The translations under genes were made by a program, and so were the position numbers. Positions 10,455-21,685 of a stretch of DNA of 64,000 bases are shown here, in pieces (the stretch's first letter is position 1; each line of letters starts with the position of its first letter). Source of the stretch: an uncultured Acidimicrobiia bacterium (lineage in GTDB: Bacteria; Acidobacteriota; Terriglobia; Versatilivoradales; Versatilivoraceae); contig CAWBAT010000005.1 in assembly GCA_963786955.1 (NCBI GenBank), positions 800,001 to 864,000 of the forward strand. The letters are read 5' to 3'. The notes under the pieces are model-generated. The model ran no database searches, was not told the origin of the DNA, and was given only the letters and a program-made list of their open reading frames with translations.

Positions 10455-10532
10455 GCGCTTGGGGTAGACTTCGAACTTAGCCCAGCCAAGGCCCTTTCAT
10501 CTCGATGGGGTATCGAGTGCTGCTTTGGATGC

Positions 10533-12230
10533 TTACATCTTGCGGGCGACGACAAGTGTCATGTCATCGTGGGCAGTTCCTTCCCCTATCCAATTCTGGA
10601 GGTTCTGAATCAGAGCTTGCAGAATTTGGTCTGCCGGTTGGTGACGGACCATCTGTACAAAATCTGCTAACCGTTTTTCACCAAATTCTTCACCGCTGGG
10701 ATTATTCGCTTCCGTCACCCCGTCGCTGTAAAGAACTGCGATGTCTCCCTTCTCGAGTTTCACGGATTCTTCCTCATAACTGATGTCCGGCAGAATTCCG
10801 AGAACGGGGCCTCCGCCTTCAAGCCATTCAATCTTGCCGTCCTGACGCACCAGCAACGGTGAATTGTGGCCCGCATTACAGAATTGGATCTCACCCGACA
10901 GAGGGTGAATCATGGAAAGAAAGAAGCTGATGAAGCGATTATTGAGGGACGCCAAAACCAGAATTCGATTGAGGCGCTCCATCAACTGGGCCGGATTTGC
11001 AGGCTGTTCGGCTAAGACCTGGAATCGGGCCTGCAACGTCATCATCAACAAGGCTGCCGGCATGCCTTTCCCGCATACATCACCGACAACGATCGCCAGC
11101 TGGCCATTGGGGTAGCTGACGAAATCATAATAGTCCCCTCCAACCGTCCGGCACGGTAAGTTGTATCCGGCTAATTCCAGACCGGGTATCTGGGGGATCT
11201 CTCTGGGCAAAAACTGTCGCTGGATTTCAGCCGCTTGTTCCAATTCATTCGCCAATCGTCGTCGCGCATTTTCAATTTCGGCAAATCGTTCTCGCTCGAT
11301 TCGAATGGCCGCTACGTTTGCCATGACAGTCAAGAGATTGAGATCATCGATTGTAAACTCGCGAAACGGATGAGCCAGATCGATATAGATCAATCCAAGC
11401 ACCTGGGTGTCAGTCTGCAGGGGAACGGCCATGAGCGTCCGTACGTTCTGGGAAACAATACTCTGCATGGATCGAAAGGCCTCATCCGCCTGTGCATCTC
11501 GAATCAAGAGGGATGCCTTTTCCCCAATAACCCGATCGCGGACGGTTGAACTGATGCGAAAACCATCCCCACGCGAAGCTCGAACTTGCAATTGCCCCCC
11601 CTCGACTGTCAGTAACACCCCACGTTCTGCTCCGACTGCTTCAATGGATAGATCGAGGATCACTTGAAAGAGTTCTTGTAAGGGTCTTCCGAGCGTGAGT
11701 TCACGCCCTGCCCTCAAGAAAGCCGTCATTGGAGCTTTCCAGCTAAGGGAGGGCTGACCTGTCGGTGTTCTTGCGTTGAGCGTCTCCCCGGAAATCAACT
11801 TGTCGAGGGATGTGCTGACGGCTTGGTTCAATTCGCCCTCGGTCGTCGACGGGTCAAAAACAATGGAAACTTCTGAAACGCGAGATCCAAGGGTTTGAAA
11901 AACTAGTTGAAGGTGGCTGGCGGTGACCTTGTCTCCAGGCCGTAACACTTGCTTGTCCTGGATCCGGGCCCCATTTAAGAAGGTCCCATTCTTACTGCCG
12001 AGATCCCGTATAATCCACTCTTCACCTTCTTTTTCGAAAGTTAGGTGACGGCGGGAAAGGCCCGAGTCTTCAGGGTAACCCAGATCATTTTCGGTCGACC
12101 GCCCCAACGTTAAGGCCGATTGATCTAAAGGCACAGCCCGCGTGTGTCCGTCGGGAAATGTGATGAGAAGCTCTTTCCCCTTCGATAATGAGGGTTCACT
12201 TATGGATGTTTGCATGTTAGGTATGGACAT
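10533..12230 (-). CDS. FHA-GAF-SpoIIE (PP2C) serine phosphatase
   Basis: FHA motifs GR..SRRH..SKNGT; central GAF-like region; PP2C motifs VGGDYYD, GDVCGKG, YSDGVTEA and DDMT. Confidence 0.92.
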   Translation of the reverse strand: MSIPNMQTSISEPSLSKGKELLITFPDGHTRAVPLDQSALTLGRSTENDLGYPEDSGLSRRHLTFEKEGEEWIIRDLGSKNGTFLNGARIQDKQVLRPGDKVTASHLQLVFQTLGSRVSEVSIVFDPSTTEGELNQAVSTSLDKLISGETLNARTPTGQPSLSWKAPMTAFLRAGRELTLGRPLQELFQVILDLSIEAVGAERGVLLTVEGGQLQVRASRGDGFRISSTVRDRVIGEKASLLIRDAQADEAFRSMQSIVSQNVRTLMAVPLQTDTQVLGLIYIDLAHPFREFTIDDLNLLTVMANVAAIRIERERFAEIENARRRLANELEQAAEIQRQFLPREIPQIPGLELAGYNLPCRTVGGDYYDFVSYPNGQLAIVVGDVCGKGMPAALLMMTLQARFQVLAEQPANPAQLMERLNRILVLASLNNRFISFFLSMIHPLSGEIQFCNAGHNSPLLVRQDGKIEWLEGGGPVLGILPDISYEEESVKLEKGDIAVLYSDGVTEANNPSGEEFGEKRLADFVQMVRHQPADQILQALIQNLQNWIGEGTAHDDMTLVVARKM

Positions 12231-12767
12231 ATTGAATTCACCTTGGCGATAGTGGCAAGAACTTGGATTTTCTGGGACCGCTCCAGTTGCCGGGTAATGA
12301 ATCGTTCGAGTTCTACAATCCGACTGTCCTGAGAAAACTTTTCATCAGCTTGCTGCAGAAGTTCGCGCTCTGAAAAAGAAAGTCCGCCGCATTTGGAGTG
12401 TGTCTGAAATCGTCGGACGAAAGGGGGGAGCAGCGAGCCCATAGTTTATCAACCCTGCAGTCCGAGGTAAAGGTATAGATAACGGCCTTGAGAGGTGCGG
12501 ATCATGTCAAACCCATTATTATTGTCCCTGACTTGGAATAGTCCACTTTGCCCTCCTTTTGGAACACAAACCAATGAGGGGCGATTAGGGGGGGGGGTAG
12601 TTTCCGGCTAGCCTAATTATCGGGCACTTGAAAAAAGTGGACTTAGAAAGGAGCAGTCTCAGGCATCTGCACAATTGCCCCTCTTGGGCAAGGTGGTAGC
12701 CTGCATGTTCTCTTGCTTCTAGTCCGGCATGGTTCACAAGAAGGACTTGGCGAGGTCAGTTCGCTGT

Positions 12768-14216
12768 TCACTTCACCAACTGGATCCCCAGCGGTTTCCA
12801 TGTGCCTTCACCGGCTGGTAAGATCGACGGTGGCGTTGCCTTAGGCCAGTAGAGGCGCATAACAAGATAAATCGGACCGTTTGGCGCGGGCAGCCAATTC
12901 GATTCCTTTGCCTTTCCCGGAGAATCTTTCTGGATGTAGAGCGTCAATGAACCGTCAGCGTTTTTCTTCATCTGCGGCAGCATAGGCGAGTTGATGAGGT
13001 AACGATTGATGGGGTTCTTGATCAGAAACTGTGTCTTGCCGTCGTACATTGTCACCGACCAGAAGGCATTCACCGGCGGGAACTGCCCGGCGGGGAACGT
13101 GAGGGTGTAGTTGTGCTTGCTACCGTCAAGCGGCTCACCATCCGCCATTGTTTTGGCCATGGGATACATGGCCTCAACGGCGTCGTTGCCGTAGATGCCC
13201 GCTTTCGCAGCGGCGGCACGCTTGAGCCAGTCACCATTGAAAAAGGCCCGGTCACCTGTGATCGAGGCGACATTCCAACCGTTGATCTTAGTGCCGAGGT
13301 GATTGACAGCATCCTCGACTTTCTTTTCCCCCTCCTTCATGCCCAGCCCCACTTCGGCTTTGTGCTCAGGCGATAAATCCTTGAAGTCGAACTTCTTGCC
13401 GGGGCCGATGCCAATGCTGGCTAGTTTGGCGCGGATCGCTAGCTCCTCCGGTCCAGGAGGTGCAAATTGCAACGCAAAGTCTAGGTACTCAAAGAAGTTT
13501 GCCTTCACCATTTCCTCATTGGCCTTAGGGAAATCAATCACAGGCGCCGCGGGTGGCGCGGGCTGCTTGAGGTAGGCAGAGAGGGGCTGTACCTTGTAGC
13601 CCGACTGCACCTTGACGACGTTGGGCATGTCGGCTGCGTTGAAGAGCTGGGTGCGGTAGGCCACTAACGAGAACTGCGTGCTAGACTGGAAAACTTGCTT
13701 GATGCCGGCTGGGGTCTCGCCCTTCCAATCAGGTCCGACCACCAGGTAGCTGCCCGCTCCGGGACCGGTGGCTCGACTTCCGATATAGCCATAGTTGAAG
13801 GTATTGCCATCACAGAGCATCACCGAGTAGTAACGCGATTTCTCTACGGCCGGCACCGAGATCACCATCGGTTCCGCGCGGAGGTCCAGCCAGAGCAACG
13901 AATACGGAGTGTCGCTGTTGGGCGTGATGATGGCCGTGTCCTCGTAAGTGAACACACGCGCTTCGTTCTTGATCTGGTTGAACGGCGCTTTGTATTGCCC
14001 GGAGTCCTTGTTCACGCAATACTCGTACATCACCGCGTAGTTCATCACGATCGGTAGACCGTATATAAATCCCTCCTCAGCGATAGCCTTAGCCTCGGCG
14101 ATGGTCGGCTTTGCTTTGTCCGCTTTTTCCGCTTGGGAGATCGTGTCGTTCTTGGTGGCGCAAGTGGTTTGCAACAGGGCAGCAAGCGCAGCGACGAGGA
14201 TCGTCTTTGTTTTCAT
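12768..14216 (-). CDS. DUF1254/DUF1214 domain exported protein
   Basis: Signal peptide; IYGLP, TPNSDTPYS, PPVNAFWSVTMY, NWLPAP and MRLYWP motifs. Confidence 0.9.
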   Translation of the reverse strand: MKTKTILVAALAALLQTTCATKNDTISQAEKADKAKPTIAEAKAIAEEGFIYGLPIVMNYAVMYEYCVNKDSGQYKAPFNQIKNEARVFTYEDTAIITPNSDTPYSLLWLDLRAEPMVISVPAVEKSRYYSVMLCDGNTFNYGYIGSRATGPGAGSYLVVGPDWKGETPAGIKQVFQSSTQFSLVAYRTQLFNAADMPNVVKVQSGYKVQPLSAYLKQPAPPAAPVIDFPKANEEMVKANFFEYLDFALQFAPPGPEELAIRAKLASIGIGPGKKFDFKDLSPEHKAEVGLGMKEGEKKVEDAVNHLGTKINGWNVASITGDRAFFNGDWLKRAAAAKAGIYGNDAVEAMYPMAKTMADGEPLDGSKHNYTLTFPAGQFPPVNAFWSVTMYDGKTQFLIKNPINRYLINSPMLPQMKKNADGSLTLYIQKDSPGKAKESNWLPAPNGPIYLVMRLYWPKATPPSILPAGEGTWKPLGIQLVK

Positions 14217-14672
14217 GGTTGTGTCCTTTCGGTAATGTTTTGGTTTCGGGAAGTTGGAATCCAGTTCGCCTCCCGACCGGTGGACGGCCTCAGGCGGAAG
14301 CAGATGTTCGCTGAGCTTTCATTATTGAGAGACCAATACGAATTTCACACCAAGCCCATGCCCGTTAGTTCTCGAATTCCATTTCTTGGTACTATAAGTC
14401 TCCATTAACAGGGGTCCTGATCCATGTCCGGTGACAAGACATGAAAAAAAGAGCCGACAATAATGGACGCAAAAGACATTATCAGCCTGCTGGGGGGAGA
14501 AATAAAGGTCAAAAAGTAATAAATGCTCTTCACTCAGTTGGGGAAAATCAACAACTAAGCTGGAGCTCGAAGCTCCTTGGTTACCCCCAATAACTTCGTC
14601 ACATCACTATGATTACCCGGCCGGTTTTTTTCTCTGCGCCTATTTGGGCTGTTCGCGGTTATATTACTTTCT

Positions 14673-15593
14673 ATGGGTCAAATCTTGATTGCAGGTTGTG
14701 GTTATGTTGGAACAGCTCTTGGCGAACTCTGTGTTCTGGAAGGGAAAACTGTTTGGGGACTGCGGCGAAGAAGTCATCTTCTTCCGAACCGAATTCGATC
14801 GATTACAGCCGATCTTGGCAAACCGGAAACATTGCGTTCCCTTCCCTCTCATCTGGAATATCTCCTTTATACAGCAGCAGCAGATCGATCGGATGATGCC
14901 TGTTACGAAGCAGCCTACGTTGAAGGCTTGAAGAACCTAATCACGGCTCTGGATGAACAAAAAATCTATCCCAAACGTGCCTTCTTCACCTCCAGTACTG
15001 CGGTCTATGCCCAAACAAACGGCGAATGGGTTGATGAAAACTCCCCTACGGAGAACAAGCATTTTAGCGGGTCGCGTCTCCTGGAGGCGGAACGTCTCCT
15101 CTTGGCCAGCCCCTTCCCCTGGACTGTTGTGCGACTCTCCGGCATCTATGGCCCAAACCGAACTCGCTTGCTTGAACAGATCAAGCAAGGGGAAATCACC
15201 GCACGGGGATCCTCTTCATCATACACGAACCGGATCCATCGAGATGATTGTGCAGGTCTGCTCAATCACTTGATGCTCTTGAAGAATCCCCTCGAACTGT
15301 ATCTCGGTTCAGATCATGAGCCTGCCCGGCTTTGTGATGTCGTCGGATGGTTGACCCAGAAGTTAGAGATAATACCGCAAGATAAGGCTGCGTTACCCTC
15401 GAATTCCGAGAGCCGATTCCGCAGTAATAAGCGATGCAATAATGCGCGTGTGGTCGATTCAGGATATTGTTTTCGCTACCCCACTTTCCGTGAGGGCTAT
15501 ACCGCCCTAATCGAGCAGGTGCCTTCAAATGAGATTCTGCGAAAAACTGCGCCTAACGCTCTGCCTTCTAACTTTCCTGCTCCTTGGTGTTGA
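14673..15593 (+). CDS. NAD-dependent epimerase/dehydratase (atypical SDR, YeeZ-like)
   Basis: IAGCGYVG, SSTAVY, RLSGIYGP, NRIHRDD and YPTFREG motifs. Confidence 0.88.
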   Translation: MGQILIAGCGYVGTALGELCVLEGKTVWGLRRRSHLLPNRIRSITADLGKPETLRSLPSHLEYLLYTAAADRSDDACYEAAYVEGLKNLITALDEQKIYPKRAFFTSSTAVYAQTNGEWVDENSPTENKHFSGSRLLEAERLLLASPFPWTVVRLSGIYGPNRTRLLEQIKQGEITARGSSSSYTNRIHRDDCAGLLNHLMLLKNPLELYLGSDHEPARLCDVVGWLTQKLEIIPQDKAALPSNSESRFRSNKRCNNARVVDSGYCFRYPTFREGYTALIEQVPSNEILRKTAPNALPSNFPAPWC

Positions 15594-16752
15594 CCGCGAG
15601 ATTCATGCGGGCTCCGCGATGACCAAAGTTTGGACCGGTATCGATATTCTTGAGGCTGAGAATTTTTCCAGACTGCGGGGTCTTCATGTGGGTTTAATTA
15701 CTAATCTCACCGGACGAAACCGGGAAGGCAAGCGAACCCTGGACCTGATGCAGAAATCGCTCAACTTCAGGCTGGTCCGGGTTTTCAGCCCCGAACATGG
15801 CCTCAATGGAGATCTCGACCGTAAGGTGGGGTCTTCGGTTGATCGACAAACAGGATTGCCAGTTTATAGCTTGTACGGGGAGACGCGGCGGCCGACCGCA
15901 GAGATGCTGAAAGGGTTGGACATTCTAGTTTTTGATATTCAAGACGTGGGGGCTCGTTTCTACACCTACATCACAACCATGGCTTATGCCATGGAGGCCG
16001 CTGAAAAGGCTGGCATTCGATTCATGGTTCTGGACCGGCCAAATCCTGTAAACGGAGAACATGTGGAAGGGCCTGTGCTCGATGTGAATCGCTTAAGTTT
16101 CATTGGTTACTATCCTCTGCCCGTCCGACATGGGTTAACAGTTGGTGAGTTAGCAGAGCTTTTTAGAACTGAAAACCACCTCGAGGTGCAATTAGAAGTC
16201 GTCAGAATGAAAGGTTGGGAACGAAAGTTCTGGTTTGATGAGACCGATTTGTCCTGGGTCAATCCGTCTCCAAATATCCGTAACCTTTATGAAGCGACTC
16301 TGTACACAACCACTGGGCTCTTGGAGGCAACCAATATTTCAGTGGGGAGAGGCACGGGCACGCCTTTTGAAATTATTGGTGCCCCTTGGATCCAATCAGT
16401 CGAGTTGCAGCGCGACCTTCAAGCACGCAAGATTATTGGAGTTCAATTCGAAGAGGCGAAATTTACGCCTATTTCCGATCAGCACAAAGGTCAACCTTGT
16501 CAAGGCGTGCGACTGATAGTAACTAACAGAAGTCAATTTCAATCCGTCGCCTGTGGGTTGGAACTGGCCCAAGCCTTATGGCGCCTCTATCCCAAGGAAT
16601 TTCAAGCGAAGGAGTTAATCCAGCGAGTCGGCTCAGAAAAAGTTGTGGAAGGAGTTCTCAAAAATCAGCCTCTCGAAGAGCTGATCAAAGCCGATGAAGA
16701 GCCATTAAAGAATTTCCTGCAGATCCGGAAAAAGTATCTGCTTTACCCGTAA
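15529..16752 (+). CDS. DUF1343 / exo-beta-N-acetylmuramidase NamZ family protein
   Basis: GLITN, FSPEHG, SLYG, FDIQDVGARFYTY, LDRPNP, RHGLT, PSPN and SVGRGT motifs; C-terminal YLLY. Confidence 0.9.
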   Translation: MRFCEKLRLTLCLLTFLLLGVDREIHAGSAMTKVWTGIDILEAENFSRLRGLHVGLITNLTGRNREGKRTLDLMQKSLNFRLVRVFSPEHGLNGDLDRKVGSSVDRQTGLPVYSLYGETRRPTAEMLKGLDILVFDIQDVGARFYTYITTMAYAMEAAEKAGIRFMVLDRPNPVNGEHVEGPVLDVNRLSFIGYYPLPVRHGLTVGELAELFRTENHLEVQLEVVRMKGWERKFWFDETDLSWVNPSPNIRNLYEATLYTTTGLLEATNISVGRGTGTPFEIIGAPWIQSVELQRDLQARKIIGVQFEEAKFTPISDQHKGQPCQGVRLIVTNRSQFQSVACGLELAQALWRLYPKEFQAKELIQRVGSEKVVEGVLKNQPLEELIKADEEPLKNFLQIRKKYLLYP

Positions 16753-16920
16753 TTGCGAACCACCAGAAATTGTCGAAAGAGGAGGTGTGAATAACAATTG
16801 TCGAACGGGTTTGCATGAGGATCAACTCAACCACCGTCAGCCCGGTATCCGATATTCCGAGAGCAATGGGTTCTAGTCGGTTGGCGCCGCTTTATAGAAC
16901 GGAGTAGCGGTTTTCGTTCC

Positions 16921-18639
16921 CTACAGCACTTCCTTGAGGATCACCGCCATTTTTTCCGCCGCAATTCGGTTTCCTTCGAGATTCGGATGAACTTGATCGG
17001 TGGTGTGCTTGCCTGGCTCAATCCAGCCAGTCGTATCGACATAGCGAATTTTGGGGTCGGCCAATCGTCGCACGGTTTCCTCGATGGCTGCCGCATGAGC
17101 ACCCACAAAGGGCCGCATACAGAGAATGATGGCAGTCGGGTATTTTTTGCGGATTGTCTCTACATAACTCTTATAGAGCACAGCGAACAATTCACTACTG
17201 GCACGATTGCGATCATTACTCCCCATGTTAATCACGACAACATCGGGTTGAGCGCAACGAGTCGATTGAAACACCTTCATAGATGAATGGAAAACTCTGG
17301 ATGGCAGGAGGTACCCCTCCGTTGGCATTGACCGTCAGACCTAATCTACCAAATCCGACGGTTCGGGGTTCAGCCCCAACAAGCAATGCGCTTTGATATG
17401 CCCAGGTCTGGCGCCCGTCACTGAATCGCGGCCAGCCTTCTCGTTTTCCCTTTTCCTCCGGAGCCGGTTTATGAACGAGGACTCCTTCCGTTATACTATC
17501 TCCTAAGGTATTCAATCAGCTTCAGAGGACGTTCAGGCGGCGCGAGCAACTGCCCTCCATCCACTGGAGTGGCGCCACGGAACAAAATGGCACCCACTAG
17601 AGGCTTATCCCACCGGTTCTCCCATTCACGAAAACCTTTTACCACCAGCTTGGCTTTGTGGGGTCCTTGAGATAATGGAGTCTTTGCCAGAGGCAAATCT
17701 TCAGAGGGTGTAATGACTTTCCATTCCCCAGCATCAATTTGAAGCCAGAGTGTCGGGAACTGCTGGGAATACTGGGAGGTCGTGAAGTGGAGTATCAGGT
17801 TGTTCCCTTCAAACTGAAACAGGAGGGTGCTCCCCGTATTCACCGTGATGGCCCCAGCTGTGGCGGCTTCGCGCAGGTCCCAGCGACCCCAATATTGAAA
17901 TCGATTATCGTCAGCCCGAATGGTAGGGATGGGCGCCTCCGTTACTTGCAGGATTTGACTCATCGGAACGCCCAAGGCACCCAGGATTCCGGCAGCAATA
18001 CAAAAAATCTCCGCTGGGTTTCATATGGACACCGTCTGAAGTGGGGTGGAAATCGGGAGCGCCACCGATCTGGGTCGATCGAAGTACGAGATTGAAAAGG
18101 CTGTTCAGGTCGACCAGATGGACTTTTTCTTCGAATGCAATTTTCCGAACAGCCTCGCAATAGGATTCCAACTTGAAGGTTCTCGGCACCGCAAAGATTT
18201 TCGTGGATAACCGTGGGAGTGAGCAGGTAAATCTCAGCTTGAGTGGAGACTTTGAGTTCCTGAACCATTTGAGTCATAAACCGCGTGTAAGTACTTGAGA
18301 TCGACACCACGAGGATGGTTGGCTGAAAACCCGTGCCAGACGTCATTCACTCCGCATGAGATCGTGACGATCGTAGGATTTTTATCAATCACGTCCCGCC
18401 TTAAGCCGGGCAGCCATATCGGGTGATTTATGCCCGCTAATTCCGGCGTTGATAATTTGAATTTTCAAATTGGATAAAATCGATCAAAAACGTTCTTCCA
18501 TAACGGCCTGATAACCCCCTGCTTCCGTGATACTGTCTCCTAAAGTGACAATCCGGTCTCCTGATTTAAGGCGGGGTTGCCCCAATAAGACTGAGGTAGA
18601 CGACAGCATCAGGAATAGAAAGATCATCATTGGTTTCAT
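16921..18639 (-). CDS. Secreted tandem SGNH/GDSL hydrolase (C-terminal half CE2-like), frameshifted
   Basis: Signal peptide MKPMMIFLFL; first GDSITE..DGVH domain; YWGRW beta-domain; second GDSITEG..GSND..DQVHP domain, spread across fragments. Confidence 0.75.
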
Positions 18640-18756
18640 TCGGAATGCCTTCTCTTGTCATAGATCTAGATCCAGTTTCGAAATTACTCAATGTGGTATC
18701 ATAAGTGTGTCTTGATTGGATTGACTTGAAACAACTCTATTTTACATTTCCCTGTC

Positions 18757-18945
18757 ATGATTCGCAAAATAGTCAAGAAGACAAGCTCTGCTGGTATCCG
18801 CGAAAAGAAAGTGAATCTAGAGTATTGGTTGAGCCGATCTCCGGAGGAGCGCATGGCAGCTGTTGATTTTCTGAGAGATCAAATAAATGGAACCAAACAA
18901 AGACTTCAACGAGTTGGTCGAGTTATTCAACGACAACGAAGTTGA
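18757..18945 (+). CDS. Small basic hypothetical protein (YWLSRSPEER motif), putative partner or antitoxin
   Basis: 62-aa ORF overlapping the downstream nucleotidyltransferase gene. Confidence 0.65.
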   Translation: MIRKIVKKTSSAGIREKKVNLEYWLSRSPEERMAAVDFLRDQINGTKQRLQRVGRVIQRQRS

Positions 18946-19348
18946 ATTCGTTATCGTCGGTGCGTATGCTCTGGCATTCCACGGCGCTCCACGGTTTACT
19001 GGTGATCTCGATATTTATGTGCATCCGACTACCAAAAATGCCGGAAGAGTCTTGTGCGCATTAAACAAATTCGGTTTCGGAGAGATTGGGCTCGAGCTCG
19101 GTGATTTCTCTGTAGAAGATAAAGTGACTCAACTTGGTGTTCCCCCCGTGCGAATTGACATCATGACCTCGATCAATGGGGTATCGTGGAACGAGGCTTG
19201 GTCGAAGAAAGTCTCTGGCCACTATGGAAGTCAGGCGGTTTTTTTCTTGGGGAGGGATGAATTCATTGCAAACAAGAAGGCAATCGGACGGCCTCAGGAT
19301 CTCGCCGATATCGCCGCCATCGACTCCAGCCCGATTGGCCCGGAATAA
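18887..19348 (+). CDS. Stand-alone nucleotidyltransferase (Pol-beta superfamily, DUF6036-like)
   Basis: VGAYALAFHG.PRFTGDLDI, RIDI and NKKAIGRPQDLAD motifs. Confidence 0.82.
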   Translation: MEPNKDFNELVELFNDNEVEFVIVGAYALAFHGAPRFTGDLDIYVHPTTKNAGRVLCALNKFGFGEIGLELGDFSVEDKVTQLGVPPVRIDIMTSINGVSWNEAWSKKVSGHYGSQAVFFLGRDEFIANKKAIGRPQDLADIAAIDSSPIGPE

Positions 19349-19477
19349 CCATAATTCATCCGCACGATTTTACTCTTTCAAAGCTGTTCGACCTTTCTTA
19401 ATGCGTAATGATGTCAATTTATCCTTAATCCCCGTGTCAAATGCTATCCCGATTCGACGCTCAATGATGCTAGGGTC

Positions 19478-20680
19478 ATGTACATGAATCCCTCGGACGT
19501 ACTTCCCGGTCTGCCTCTCAAAGCGAAGATCTTGTTCATTCGTCTCCGCTCACTTGGAGATACGATCCTTTCCATTCCGCTTTATACGGCCTTAAAGAAC
19601 TGGCGGCCGGATCTAGGAATCTCGGTGCTGGTAGAAGAACCCAACGACCAAGTCATCGCCAACAATCCCTGCGTCGATCATATCATTTCAATTCCCGCAG
19701 CCGACGGATCGAATTGGAAGGTCTTTCGGGCGCGCCTGTCCGCCTTAGCCAACATGAGGCAAAGTCGTTTTGACTGCTGTATCAATTTACACGGGGGCTC
19801 CACGAGTGCTTGTTTGACCGCTCTGAGTGGAGCTCGTTATCGCGTGGGATACCGCGGGTTTCGCAATGCATTTGTCTACAACCTGCGTGTGGGCTCAACG
19901 ACAATGCTCTCGCCTGGAATGAAGAGTCATACCGTGGAGCATCAAATTGAATGGCTCAGAGCGTTAGGTTTGCCGAAGGCAGAAATTCCACCGTCAAGAG
20001 TCATTCCAAATCCTCAATTTGAAGCCGTCGTGAAAGATCGCCTCACTAAAGCTGGCTTGAAGGCTGACAGTCGCTACGCGGTCATTCAGCCGACATCAAA
20101 GTTCTACACCAAAGAATGGACAGCGGAGGGATTTGCTGAAATCGCGGACTACCTGGGAAGTCGATTCGGTTTGTCTGTGATGTTGACAGCGGGGCCCGGG
20201 CGAAGAAGGCAAACTAAACATAGTCCAGGATAAATCTCAATCAAAACCAAAGGTTTTGACGTCTCTCTCCATCTCTGAGCTGGGATGGATTTTAGGTCGC
20301 GCCAGCTGTTCGTTGGAAACGATAGCGGTCCCACACATTTAGCCGCAGCATTATCCGTTCCTGTCGTTGTGCTTTTTGGTTCTTCGGATTCAGCATTGTG
20401 GTCCCCCTGGAAGACTTCGTATAGGATGGTTCAAAATTCGTTCGACTGTAATCCATGCCCAGGTTACCGTTGCCTCGTCTACAACGAACCCCGCTGTATT
20501 TTGAGTATAACCTCTTCACAGGTGAAGGTGGCCATTGATGCGTTGTTGGGCGACAATATTATGCAGAGAAAGCCAGAGACTCACAAAGCAACGTGTTATC
20601 CCTCGAGCGTGCAAGTCCCTCTCCGGTCCCCTTTGGATAAGGCGGGGCGAGAACATTGGCCGAAATTTGCTGTCCGTTGA
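19478..20680 (+). CDS. Glycosyltransferase family 9 (LPS heptosyltransferase-like), frameshifted
   Basis: RLRSLGD, KEW, FVGNDSGPTHLAAAL..LFG and CNPC motifs. Confidence 0.88.
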
Positions 20681-20784
20681 GCTGAAGGTACCAGCTATCC
20701 CGGCAGAACCAACCGTTAGCACGGGGTGGCTCGACAGGGCAGGAATCCCACCATTATTTCGAGAATTAGCCTCGCTTTCAGTCT

Positions 20785-21402
20785 CTAAACCGTCGAATCG
20801 TTCCTGCGTGGATTCTGAATGACCTCTATAGAGACTAATTCAAGATTGGCATCCAGAACCACTTTACCAAGAAAGCGGTTTCCGTAGGCCCGATCCAAGT
20901 GTTCCTGCCGTCTCTCAGGGTCAAAGAGCATAGCCAGCAGCCGCAGCGAACCTGCGTGAGACACGACCAAAACGCGACTACCGGGAGACTCGCTCTTTAG
21001 CTGAAAAAGAAATTGCTGAGTACGCTCCTCGAGATCAATGAAACCTTCACCTCCGGGATAGCGTCGCCCTTGGGTCCACTTTGTAATTCAGAAATTCAAA
21101 GGTTTCGGAAACAGGTTTTTCCGTGAAATCTCCATAGTCTAATTCTCGCAGCAACGGGAAAAGTTGATCGGACAATTGAGCTTCAAGTAATTGCAAATTG
21201 TCTCGGCTGTTTGCTGGGCCCTCAAGAGATCGCTACAGTAAACCACGTCGAAGTCGGATCGTCCAATGGCTACGGCCACGCCTTGGGCATCCTGAAAACC
21301 TAATTCGGTTAGTCGGGAATCATGTTGACCGGCAATGCGATCCTCAAGATTGTGTATGGACTGGCCGTGACGTACCAGGTAGATTTCTGTTGTCTTCCTC
21401 AT
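20785..21402 (-). CDS. Histidine phosphatase / phosphoglycerate mutase family, frameshifted
   Basis: LVRHGQS, SDLLRAQQTA, YPGGE and VVSHAG motifs. Confidence 0.85.
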
Positions 21403-21685
21403 CAAATCCACAATTTCGTCCAACGCTTTCATTTTGTTCCTGAAGGGGAGAGGCATTCGAATAGGATAGCCAGCTGCAAAGAAAAGAATTGTAAAACATA
21501 TCCTCCACCTCAGTACACTATCGTGTTGGTTCCTTTTGTTTCAAGATTGAGCGTTTCCAGTCAAGTTTGACTAAACGACTCTCTGCAGCAGCCCGCTGGC
21601 CCCCAAGGGCGAAAACCCTTTACATTAAAATTTGGATTGGGTAGATTGCTAAAGAACTTACCTGAACGAGGCTTAACGGTTTCTC

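Noticed and set aside
12370-12395. GAAAGTCCG resembling the RNase P RNA signature
   Set aside because: Lacks the full GAGGAAAGTCC and the 3' conserved motif; rnpB was also not found after the zinc-ribbon/RNase HI pair
14346-14366. Sigma54 promoter for the DUF1254 gene
   Set aside because: The GG-N10-GC spacing is not satisfied
16779-16876. Small ORF after a strong AGAGGAGGT sequence downstream of the NamZ-family gene
   Set aside because: The GTG lies too close to the SD and the peptide has no features
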